A model generated the notes under the pieces. It saw only the letters and a program-made list of their open reading frames with translations. It made no database searches and was not told where the DNA came from. 37,293 nt of DNA, taken from Planctomycetota bacterium. GTDB lineage: Bacteria > Planctomycetota > GCA-002687715 > DRQF01. The stretch lies in the NCBI GenBank assembly GCA_027001995.1, contig JALTLO010000135.1, positions 1-37,293 on the forward strand. Direction: 5' to 3'. Shown piece after piece: positions 28,571 to 37,146 of the stretch (the first letter of the stretch is position 1; every line of letters starts with the position of its first letter). The position numbers were made by a program, and so were the translations under genes.

Positions 28571-29653
28571 CTACTTAGCGGCGCTTTTTCTTTTCGACTT
28601 CTTCTTTGCAACGGTCTTTTTCTTAGTCGATGCTTTCTTCTTCGTGGTTACTTTTTTCTTGGCGCTCTTCTTGACTGCTGCCTTCTTGGTCGAAGACTTT
28701 GTTGATTTCTTCTTAGCTCGTTTCTTGGGTAGAGGAATGCCCCCGGCAACAAAGGCGTCCGAAGTCAAAGACTTGTATTTCACCTTGCCAGATTCCAAAG
28801 CCAACTTGACGACGGCATCCATAATGCGATCGAAGTAGACGGGGGTCACCGACCAATACTCCATGTCGGGAGCGAAGTTGGTGAAGTCGATAGCGTAAGG
28901 AACACCGTCTTCGAAGGCGAACTCGACTGTGTTGATGTCATAACCCAGGCCTTTGTTGATATTGCGACAATCCTTGATGACGCGCTTGGTCTCAGCTTTT
29001 GTCAGATAATCATCATCCAACGGCAGGTAACAACGATTCTCGACGTCATAGCGGGTGATGATCACATCTTTGCCGCCGAAGCAGAAGCATCGAATGTAGC
29101 GGTCGAAGTCGACGGCTTGTTGCATCACCATGGTCTCTGTGCCGGACTGGTCATAGCGATGAATCAGTTCTTCAACGCTGTGCACTTGGTCCACTTGCTT
29201 CCATCCCCCGCCGGTGGCAGGTTTGAGAAACGCAGGAAGGCCCACCCACTCCACATGCTCTTCCCAAGGGATGGGGTACATGAGGTTGCGCAAGGTTTCA
29301 GGAGCCACATCATCGCTGTGGTCCTTATTGGGCAAAAGCACAGTTCTGGGAATGGCAAGTCCCAAACGATCCGCTAAGGCATAGCCGAAGAATTTATCGT
29401 CGGCAGTTGTCCAAAATGGATTATTGATCACCCGTGTACCCGCCAGTTGGGCCTGCTTGAGTGCCAATTTGTAGTAAGGCACGTCATGGGAGATACGATC
29501 GATAATGACATCGTAGTCAGCCAAAGCATCATGGCGAGTTCCGCCCAATTCGATCATCTCCGCCGTCACATCATCCCGGCCAAGATCCGCGATTCGTTCT
29601 AAGAACACCTTGGGAAAAGACTCTTCCCGACCGACCAGCAATCCAATTTTCAT
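28571..29653 (-). CDS. RimK-like ATP-grasp ligase with Lys-rich histone-H1-like tail
   Basis: VIIDRISH, VINNPFW..ADDKFF, IPRTVLLP, FLKPATGGGW, NTVEF, IDFTN; last ~52 aa are almost all K/A/S/T/R/V. Start ATG 29653 (or GTG 29662). Confidence 0.85.
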   Translation of the reverse strand: MKIGLLVGREESFPKVFLERIADLGRDDVTAEMIELGGTRHDALADYDVIIDRISHDVPYYKLALKQAQLAGTRVINNPFWTTADDKFFGYALADRLGLAIPRTVLLPNKDHSDDVAPETLRNLMYPIPWEEHVEWVGLPAFLKPATGGGWKQVDQVHSVEELIHRYDQSGTETMVMQQAVDFDRYIRCFCFGGKDVIITRYDVENRCYLPLDDDYLTKAETKRVIKDCRNINKGLGYDINTVEFAFEDGVPYAIDFTNFAPDMEYWSVTPVYFDRIMDAVVKLALESGKVKYKSLTSDAFVAGGIPLPKKRAKKKSTKSSTKKAAVKKSAKKKVTTKKKASTKKKTVAKKKSKRKSAAK

Positions 29654-29889
29654 CACATTCACCTTTGGAAATCATGAGTTCAGGCTGCAGCAACCCGACC
29701 CCTTGTTTTGTATGAGTTGAGGGTATCTCCACCCCCGAGGTGGTGAATTCTATTTGTCTGCCAGCGCCCTCCCAACCACCAGCTTGACTTTATTCCCGTT
29801 CTTCACCAACTCAGAAGGGAGAGATTGAACTTCTGACATTTCCTGGGTTTCACAAATCCTCAGCGAGGGTTATCTTATCCCACTGTTCC

Positions 29890-31800
29890 ATGGGAAATCA
29901 TATGACCGACAATACACGGGTGCTTTTTGTCACGCCTGAGCTTTCGCCCTACTCCAAGGTTGGTGGATTAGGTGAAGTATCTGCTGGCCTCACGAAAGCT
30001 CTTAAATCACTCCAAGTCGATGTGCGGATCATCACGCCCCTCTATTCTCATATGCGAGAGTCGCTGGGGCATCTGAAAACCGTTGCTCAGAGTATCCCCT
30101 TCGCATTCGCTGGTGAAAACCGCCCATTTAACCTTTTAGCTATGGACACGGACCCCCGGGACGTCCCGGTTTTCCTCATCGAGGCCCCAGACTTCTTCGA
30201 GATTGAGGATGCTATCTATGGCAATGAGCTAGGACCCACCGGCCTCGGTGACCTGCGTTGGCTTTACTTCAGCGCGGCTATTCGCCATGCCTGCGAGCGC
30301 ATGAGCTTTAAGCCCAACCTCCTTCACGTTCACGATTGGCATAGCGCTTTAGTGCCTGCCCTTTACCGTTCAGAACATTACTTCGACGAAGATTGCGCTG
30401 ATACGGCTTGCGTCCTGACGATTCATAACGCCGCTTTTCAAGGCCGTATGTCCACAGACGACTACCGCAGAAGCGGATTGAGAACAGATCTGCTCAGCGA
30501 CTGGTACCTGCTTCAGGGAGGAGATATCAACCTTTTGAAGGCTGGAACCATCTTTGCAGAACGGGTCACCACCGTTTCCAAACGTTATGCAACGGAGCTC
30601 AAGAGCCCAGATCAAGGAAAAGGGCTGGAAGCCATTTTTGAAGCGCGAGCCGAGCACTTCCACGGCATTCCCAATGGCCTGGATAGCCAAGAGTGGGATC
30701 CGGCCCATGACACACTCATCCCCCATCACTTTGACGCCAATAACATGGAAGGCAAAAAAGCCAACAAGAAAGCCCTTCTGGAAGCCTTCGCCTTGGACCC
30801 CAGTTCTGGCCCTCTCTTAGCGGTTGTTGCCAGGCTCACATGGCAAAAGGGCATCGACATCATCTTAGATGCCCTCCCTGCCCTTTTCGCCAGGCGAAAG
30901 GACCTTCGGTTAGTGATCTTAGGCCAAGGGGACAAGGACGTCGAGTTGGCGGTCACGGAAACCGCAAAGAAGTACCCTGGCCGGGTAGGAGTTGCTCTTA
31001 AGTTCGACCCGGCTTTGGCCCACTTAATCGAAGCGGGTTCTGACATCTTCCTCATGCCATCTCGCTATGAGCCTTGCGGACTCAATCAAATGATCTCCCA
31101 GCGCTACGGCACAATTCCTATCGTTCGCGAAACGGGTGGTTTGGCCGACACGGTTGTCGCCTACGAAGGGGGCAATCTGAAAGAAGCCACGGGGTTTGTC
31201 TTTTCGAAGGCCAGTGCTGAGGCATTCACCGACATCACCAAACGGGCCCTCACTTTGTTTCGAAGAAGTGGTAGCTGGAGACGCTTGGTCCAAAACGCCA
31301 TGGCTCAAGATTGGGGCTGGGACGAAAGTGCCTCTGCATACTTGCGGGTTTACGAAGAGGCCATTGCCATGCGCCTCAATCGAGAAAGAGAAACAGAATT
31401 ACTGTCTCATATGCGCTTGGAACCTACTGCAACCCTGCCAGAAGAGCAGGCACAAATCCCGGTTTACTACCACAAAGACACCTTGCGCTTGATGCTCAAA
31501 GACCCTGAGACCATTTGGGCCTATTGGGAAGTCCAAGGACCTCGAGGTAAGGCCATCTTGGATTCCCTTTCTGAAAGCCAGAAGTGGGAATCGACCTGGA
31601 CTCTGAGAATCGAAAACCTGGACACGCATTTCTCCTGGGAAATCGAAGTCGAAGGCATGGCCAAGAATTGGTTTATCACCGTTGATCCCAATCAGCGCTA
31701 TCGTTGCGAACTCTTGATGCAGACCACAGATTTCCCCCGATGCGTCATCCTGGGATCCAACACAATTCAAACCCCAAAGAAAATGGTGCCCCTAGGATGA
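29890..31800 (+). CDS. glgA: Glycogen synthase with a C-terminal DUF4912-like extension
   Basis: KVGGLGEV, HVHDWH, TIHNAAFQG, VTTVSKRYA, RLTWQKG, MPSRYEPCGLNQM, TGGLADTV; extra domain from about 31456 (LRLMLKDPETIWAYWEV...NWFI...SNTIQTP). Confidence 0.93.
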   Translation: MGNHMTDNTRVLFVTPELSPYSKVGGLGEVSAGLTKALKSLQVDVRIITPLYSHMRESLGHLKTVAQSIPFAFAGENRPFNLLAMDTDPRDVPVFLIEAPDFFEIEDAIYGNELGPTGLGDLRWLYFSAAIRHACERMSFKPNLLHVHDWHSALVPALYRSEHYFDEDCADTACVLTIHNAAFQGRMSTDDYRRSGLRTDLLSDWYLLQGGDINLLKAGTIFAERVTTVSKRYATELKSPDQGKGLEAIFEARAEHFHGIPNGLDSQEWDPAHDTLIPHHFDANNMEGKKANKKALLEAFALDPSSGPLLAVVARLTWQKGIDIILDALPALFARRKDLRLVILGQGDKDVELAVTETAKKYPGRVGVALKFDPALAHLIEAGSDIFLMPSRYEPCGLNQMISQRYGTIPIVRETGGLADTVVAYEGGNLKEATGFVFSKASAEAFTDITKRALTLFRRSGSWRRLVQNAMAQDWGWDESASAYLRVYEEAIAMRLNRERETELLSHMRLEPTATLPEEQAQIPVYYHKDTLRLMLKDPETIWAYWEVQGPRGKAILDSLSESQKWESTWTLRIENLDTHFSWEIEVEGMAKNWFITVDPNQRYRCELLMQTTDFPRCVILGSNTIQTPKKMVPLG

Positions 31801-33392
31801 GTCCAAAGCAAGGATCCGTGTGCATCGTCCTTCACACCCACCTTCCCTATGTCCACCACCCAGACTTCGAAGACTTCCTGGAAGAAGATTGGCTATTTGA
31901 GGCCATAACAGAGACTTATCTGCCTCTGCTCTTCGTCATGAATGACTTATGGATAGACAAGGTTCCTTTCCGACTCACATTTTCCATGACTCCACCTTTG
32001 GTGCATATGTTGAGATGCTCCGACCTCATGGCGAAATTCGAGATCTACCTTGAGAAGAGAATCAAATTAGCTGGCTTAGAAGTCAAACGGCATGCCGGAG
32101 ATCGGCTTCGCTTAGAAACTGCTCGCCACTACCAGCTTCGGTTTGAGCAAATGCTTAGTTTCTTCCATGCCTGTGACCGAGATCTCTCCGCCGCATTCCG
32201 CAGATTCCAGGACTTAGGTCTCATCGAGATCATTGCCAGCGCAGCGACTCATGGTTTCCTCCCCCTGTTTCGGACTGAAGCGGCCACCAAAGCCCAGATT
32301 GCCTTGGGTGTTCAACTACACAAAGATGTCTTCGGCGGGGCTCCCAAGGGATTCTGGCTACCAGAATGTGCTATTGGCCCAGGAATCGATCGCATGTTGG
32401 TGGACGAGGGAATCGCCTTCACAGTGTTGGACACCCATGCCCTCACCGGCGCGGAACCACCCCCTGAAAACGGGAGCTTTCGTCCCGTCAAGACACCGGC
32501 CGGTTTAGCTGCTTTCGGTCGAGACTCGGAATGTTCCCAACAAGTTTGGTCATCCATCGTCGGTTATCCTGGGGACCCAGACTACCGGGAACTCTATCGA
32601 GACATCGGCTACGACGCTGACTACCGCTACATTCTGCCCTTCCTCAAACAAGATGGTGTGCGCCGCAATATCGGCATGAAATACCACCGCATCACCGGGG
32701 ACGTGCCCCTTCATGAAAAAGAACTCTATTCCCCTTCCTTGGCGAAGGCCCGTGCGGCCACCCACGCGGGTAATTTCCTTTTCAATCGAGGACAGCAGAT
32801 TGCTCACCAAAATGAAGTACAGGGGAAACCCGTGGTCATCACAGCACCATTCGACACCGAGTTATTCGGCCACTGGTGGTACGAAGGGCCATGGTTCTTA
32901 GAGGAGGTATTTCGACAGGCGGCGGATCATGCCGACGATGCCACCTTCAATCTCTGTACTCCCAGTGAAATCCTCCAGCAGTCGGCAGAAATCCATGAGG
33001 CCAAAATCGGCCCTTGCTCCTGGGGCGAAGACGGTTTCTACAAGGTCTGGTTGAATGACAAAAACCAGTGGTTTTGGCCCCATCTCCATGAGATGGAAGA
33101 GCGCATGGTCGTCTGGGCCAAGAAAACTCTGCCTGACAGAGAATTGCAACGCCGCATTCTTCACCAGATGGCCCGGGAGCTGCTCCTGGCTCAATCCAGC
33201 GATTGGCCCTTCATTTTGACCATGGAAACATCCACTTGGTACGCAGAGAAACGCTTCCGCGACCATGTATTTCGTTTCTTCACCTTGGAAGACATGCTGC
33301 TCAATGATGAGGTAAACGTCGAGGAATTGGCATCATGGGAGCGGCAAGACGCGATTTTCCCCGACATGGATATCCGTATCTTCGCTTCTTAA
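31797..33392 (+). CDS. GH57 1,4-alpha-glucan branching enzyme (DUF1957-type C-terminus)
   Basis: HTHLPYV, EEDWLFEAITETYLP, ATHGFLP, GFWLPEC, PFDTELFGHWWYEG, RELLLAQSSDWPF. ATG 31797 overlaps the glgA stop (ATGA). Confidence 0.93.
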   Translation: MSPKQGSVCIVLHTHLPYVHHPDFEDFLEEDWLFEAITETYLPLLFVMNDLWIDKVPFRLTFSMTPPLVHMLRCSDLMAKFEIYLEKRIKLAGLEVKRHAGDRLRLETARHYQLRFEQMLSFFHACDRDLSAAFRRFQDLGLIEIIASAATHGFLPLFRTEAATKAQIALGVQLHKDVFGGAPKGFWLPECAIGPGIDRMLVDEGIAFTVLDTHALTGAEPPPENGSFRPVKTPAGLAAFGRDSECSQQVWSSIVGYPGDPDYRELYRDIGYDADYRYILPFLKQDGVRRNIGMKYHRITGDVPLHEKELYSPSLAKARAATHAGNFLFNRGQQIAHQNEVQGKPVVITAPFDTELFGHWWYEGPWFLEEVFRQAADHADDATFNLCTPSEILQQSAEIHEAKIGPCSWGEDGFYKVWLNDKNQWFWPHLHEMEERMVVWAKKTLPDRELQRRILHQMARELLLAQSSDWPFILTMETSTWYAEKRFRDHVFRFFTLEDMLLNDEVNVEELASWERQDAIFPDMDIRIFAS

Positions 33393-33455
33393 GCGAAAGA
33401 GAGTCCATTTAAGGGGCAATCCGGCGGAGCCATGAACTTTCATCCACCCTGTGCC

Positions 33456-33484
33456 TTGAAGCGCCACGGACCTGCTGATATATT
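33456..33484 (+). promoter_or_regulatory. Sigma-70 promoter of tRNA-Ala
   Basis: TTGAAG-N17-TATATT with an extended TG and a GC-rich discriminator (CGCGCC). Confidence 0.6.
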
Positions 33485-33496
33485 TCGCGCCTCAGA

Positions 33497-33569
<73 letters not shown>

Positions 33570-33576
33570 CTCCCTC

Positions 33577-33611
33577 AAAAGGACTCCACCCAACGGTGGG
33601 GTCCTTTTTTT
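33577..33611. terminator. Bidirectional rho-independent terminator
   Basis: AAAAGGACTCCACC-CAAC-GGTGGGGTCC-T7 between the tRNA and the convergent lipoprotein gene. Confidence 0.9.
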
Positions 33612-33632
33612 GTCGGGAATCGCGAATGATGG

Positions 33633-34142
33633 TCAATAGAGATCCCAGCTCATGACAATCCAGTCAGGACCGACAACCTCAGGGCGCTGAGGATAGGAAC
33701 GCCCATTGTCGACCCAGGCAAAGCGAACGACGAATTCTCGCAACAAGGGGTGAGAAGCGTGGCGCTGATCAGAATACCGCCATGTGTAGACGGTGGCGTT
33801 GTAGTCATTGCCCCCGCTATCCACATTCTGAAGCTCCACATCCTCGCGCACCGGATCCCCCAATAAAGAGAAAACCTCACTCTTGGTCATCCGTCGTTTG
33901 ACTCTTTTGATGGATTCCAGGGGAAGCTCGGGGTATTCAGCAACGGCGGGAATCGGAACGTCACGCTCCAAAATCGAATCATATCGCCAATTCTCAGGGG
34001 GACGGACGTGGCCAGATCCGGTGCCATCCAGCCGTGAACCGACGCCAGAATCATCCAAATCATCAGCACTGATAGGGTCCACTTGGATACAACTGGGCAA
34101 GCAGCAGAGCAAAGCAGTAATAAGTATGTTCTTCCATTTCAT
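33633..34142 (-). CDS. Lipoprotein with a BamE/SmpA-like motif
   Basis: MKWKNILITALLCCLPS-C lipobox; IKRVKRRMTKSEVFSLLGDP resembles the SmpA/OmlA MT..EV..LLG.P motif. Confidence 0.7.
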   Translation of the reverse strand: MKWKNILITALLCCLPSCIQVDPISADDLDDSGVGSRLDGTGSGHVRPPENWRYDSILERDVPIPAVAEYPELPLESIKRVKRRMTKSEVFSLLGDPVREDVELQNVDSGGNDYNATVYTWRYSDQRHASHPLLREFVVRFAWVDNGRSYPQRPEVVGPDWIVMSWDLY

Positions 34143-34211
34143 GACGCCATCATACCGTCAATTGATCTCGACGCCATCCATTCCAATGAGGCGAAGTGAA
34201 CGCCATGGGAG

Positions 34212-34251
34212 GAAAGAAAAGGCCGAGGGCGATGAAGGCATCACCCTCGGC
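34212..34251 (-). terminator. Terminator-like hairpin upstream of the lipoprotein gene
   Basis: Minus strand GCCGAGGGTGATG-CCTT-CATCGCCCTCGGC followed by CTTTTCTTTC. Confidence 0.6.
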
Positions 34252-34530
34252 AAGTCATCGACCCCGGAGCGACTCCTTCAGGATCACAGGGCAGATCAAA
34301 GTCTGTCGCCTTCAATATGACCGCGCTCCTCAGGAGAGCGCATCACTCGCCTGTCCTGTAACCAAGACGCCGCGATGGACGATAGCTGGAAAATATTAGT
34401 CCGAAGAGCGGTTTTCATGAAACATCTATTTCAGAATTCCATCGCTAAAATACTTGCTCGACTTGACTTACAACCAAACACATGGAGCACGAAAGAACGA
34501 ATTCCAAGGCTCAAAACCGTCTTGAAAGAT

Positions 34531-34613
34531 TGTGGATAAGTCTGAAAGAGTGCCCTTTTTTCACCGCATCTGGCCCATAACCTCCAATTTACACAGCAAC
34601 ATCTTGTGGATAA
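34531..34613. promoter_or_regulatory. DnaA-box-like cluster
   Basis: TGTGGATAA (reverse complement of TTATCCACA) at 34531-34539 and 34605-34613; one-mismatch ATTTACACA at 34587-34595. Confidence 0.45.
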
Positions 34614-34802
34614 TCGGTCGAGTTTCTTGGGGACAATCGAGTCATCATGATTCCCCAGAATGACCTAACTTTCTCGTGCTCCATGGCTAAAAACCCAAAC
34701 GAAGTGCCCAAGAGATGGAGAAAATGGGGCTCCCCCAAGCACCCATCAAGGTTTTGCACCGATAAATCCGAAAAATGATACGGGCTTTTCAGTGGAGTCC
34801 CA

Positions 34803-35024
34803 GTGGCCGAAACGCGAGATCTAAGCATGTTTGAATTCTTCAATCGATTCGACGCAACGACTGAGATCGCGACCGTAGATCGCAATCTCATCCACGAGCG
34901 CATGGCGAAGGCTCTCATTGATGCCGGCCTGAATCCAGATGGAAAAGCCTATCTATCTCTTTTCAAGATGATCTCAGACGACTTGGATTGGTATTTCGAA
35001 AACCTGGACGAACAGGACCTTTGA
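34803..35024 (+). CDS. Small acidic hypothetical protein
   Basis: GGAG before GTG 34803; 73 aa, helical and protein-like; ends 8 nt before the HEAT gene. Confidence 0.6.
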   Translation: MAETRDLSMFEFFNRFDATTEIATVDRNLIHERMAKALIDAGLNPDGKAYLSLFKMISDDLDWYFENLDEQDL

Positions 35025-35032
35025 CTTAGATC

Positions 35033-36940
35033 GTGGCCAAACCCAGCAATCAAAAAGACCGGGATGTTGTCGATTTCTTGGTTCGCTCCCAAGATATCGA
35101 GGGCTTAGAACGCCTCTTGCTCGACCCCAATGTCAAAGGGCTTCAGTCGAGGATGGCCACGATCGGTCTCTTCGAGATTGCATCCCCAGAATCACTGGAA
35201 GCCTTAGGAAACGTCTTATCCCGTTGCGAAGCCCCTATCGTCGAAGGTATTATCAGCCTCTTAGACGGCACCGATGAAAGCAAGGACATTCGCCTCCTTT
35301 CAGAATGCCTCAGCAATCCAGACATTTTCAATCGCTCTTCAGCAGTACAAGCTTTATCGAGGATTCAGAGCCCAAAGACTCTCCCCCATTTGCTCCGAGC
35401 GGCACGAGATCCAGAAAAGACCCTCTCCCGCATGGCTGCCAGAATCATCCTCCGCCGGGTCGAGCGTTCTTCTGCAATATTGGGACACGTTTCCGAAGCC
35501 ACAGTGGAAGGTGTCCTCGACTTAATGGACGACCGTTGGGCAATGGAGCTTTTGTCCCCAAGCTACCCCCAGAACATTCGCATGCTTGCCGCAAGTCGCC
35601 TCGGAAAAATTGGCGGCGATGAAGCCTCTCAAGCTCTTGCCAGCATTGCGGTGAGCGATGTCACTGAATTGGCTGACGTCTGCTGGCGGGCCTTAGAAAA
35701 CTCTCATGGGGTATCAGACTTCATCCTGCTTCCACTCTTGGTCAATCCGAAAGCTGAGATTAAAGCCCGAGCCATTGCCCTCTACGCCAAAGCCATGTGC
35801 GGCGAGGCCACAGACTTGTTCACTGGCCTTTGCTCCGATGCTGCTCCCTGCGTACGACTTGCAGCCCTGAAAGCACTCTCGGACGTTGCTGGCCAAGGAG
35901 CGATTGCCACCCTGGTTCAGGCTTTGGATGACGTCGACGACAGCGTACGAGAACAAGCTATCTCCTTGCTCTGCCAAGAAAAGGACTCAACACCCGAGCT
36001 TGTCATGGCAGTCAGGACACAAGACGGCGATATTCGTAGACGAGCCTTGGTCACATTGGCCAATCGGCAAGTTGTCACCTCAGAACTGATTCAACCCTAC
36101 ATCGAGTTTCTCTATCAAGGCTCCTCCTGTACGGATCTGAGTCAGCGAGAATACTTGGACAGCTTGGCTGTTACCGCCAAGACTCTGGGGAAATCCCAGA
36201 ACTTTGAAGCCATGCTGGCACTCACATCACTGGCTCGCAGTGTGATTCGCCGCATGAGACGCGCTGCCATCACTGGCCTTATGGAATACCCACCGGAAGA
36301 CCGAGCCGACGCCCTCTCATCCTTGGCGGATTCCCACGACCCTGACATCGTCAAGAACGTGGCATTCGGCCTCCATGACAGCCAAGACGATCGAGCGATC
36401 CTTCCCCTCATTCGAGCCAGTATCGAATGTCGTGGCAGACCCATGGTGCGAGCCAAAGAAGCACTCAAAGAATACGAAAAGACCCAAGACGTTGAGTTCC
36501 TCATCTCTTGTCTTTCAAACCGCTGGGGAGCAGTCAAACGATTCGCTGCCGAACAACTTCGAGACATCTCTGATGAACGTTCGATTCCAGCCCTCTTGGA
36601 GACCAGCCGAGACGAGGATGTTGAAGTTCAGTTGGCGGTCTTCGAAGCTATGGGGCCCTTCGCCAGCCACCACGAAGATGTTCGCAACCGCATGCTCGAA
36701 GGGATTGGTTACGGCGACATCAGTGTCCGCCAGGCCGCTTGCGAGTCTTTGGGGATGGCCCGTTGCAAAGAAGCTGTGCCGGATCTCATCCGTGCTCTCC
36801 ACAACTTCTTCCTCAGACCCCGAGCCTCCCAGGCCTTGAGAATGATCGGCGACCGCAAAGGTTTCTTGGCCATAAAGAGGCTCGAGATCCGTGAACGCCT
36901 GTTCAAAAAGCGCCCAGACAAAGAGACGATAAAAGCATAA
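35033..36940 (+). CDS. HEAT-repeat protein
   Basis: Many repeats of type D.D..VR..A..AL (DVDDSVREQAISLL, DEDVEVQLAV, GDISVRQAACESLG). Confidence 0.9.
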   Translation: MAKPSNQKDRDVVDFLVRSQDIEGLERLLLDPNVKGLQSRMATIGLFEIASPESLEALGNVLSRCEAPIVEGIISLLDGTDESKDIRLLSECLSNPDIFNRSSAVQALSRIQSPKTLPHLLRAARDPEKTLSRMAARIILRRVERSSAILGHVSEATVEGVLDLMDDRWAMELLSPSYPQNIRMLAASRLGKIGGDEASQALASIAVSDVTELADVCWRALENSHGVSDFILLPLLVNPKAEIKARAIALYAKAMCGEATDLFTGLCSDAAPCVRLAALKALSDVAGQGAIATLVQALDDVDDSVREQAISLLCQEKDSTPELVMAVRTQDGDIRRRALVTLANRQVVTSELIQPYIEFLYQGSSCTDLSQREYLDSLAVTAKTLGKSQNFEAMLALTSLARSVIRRMRRAAITGLMEYPPEDRADALSSLADSHDPDIVKNVAFGLHDSQDDRAILPLIRASIECRGRPMVRAKEALKEYEKTQDVEFLISCLSNRWGAVKRFAAEQLRDISDERSIPALLETSRDEDVEVQLAVFEAMGPFASHHEDVRNRMLEGIGYGDISVRQAACESLGMARCKEAVPDLIRALHNFFLRPRASQALRMIGDRKGFLAIKRLEIRERLFKKRPDKETIKA

Positions 36941-37146
36941 CCGTTGTCCAAATCATACATTTTCGTATCGCGCTCACACGATTCCTCAATTTGGTCGATA
37001 AGACACACAGGCACACTGCCACCAATCTCGTGGTCGATGCCCGAAGATAAACAATGAGCCACCAAGGCTTTGGGAAGAATTGAGCGAAATCAAGGGAGTC
37101 GCAGTGATCAAGCGATTCAGACAAATTTCGCTGTTGGAGAGTGAGA

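Noticed and set aside
34330..34435. Glycine riboswitch (GGAGA...CCGAAG)
   Set aside because: The spacing is wrong, the closing CTCTCAGG motif is missing, and no glycine-related gene follows.
33883..34918. ORFs 33883..34320 (+), 34196..34399 (+) and 34589..34918 (-)
   Set aside because: They overlap better-supported genes or hairpins and have no recognisable motifs.
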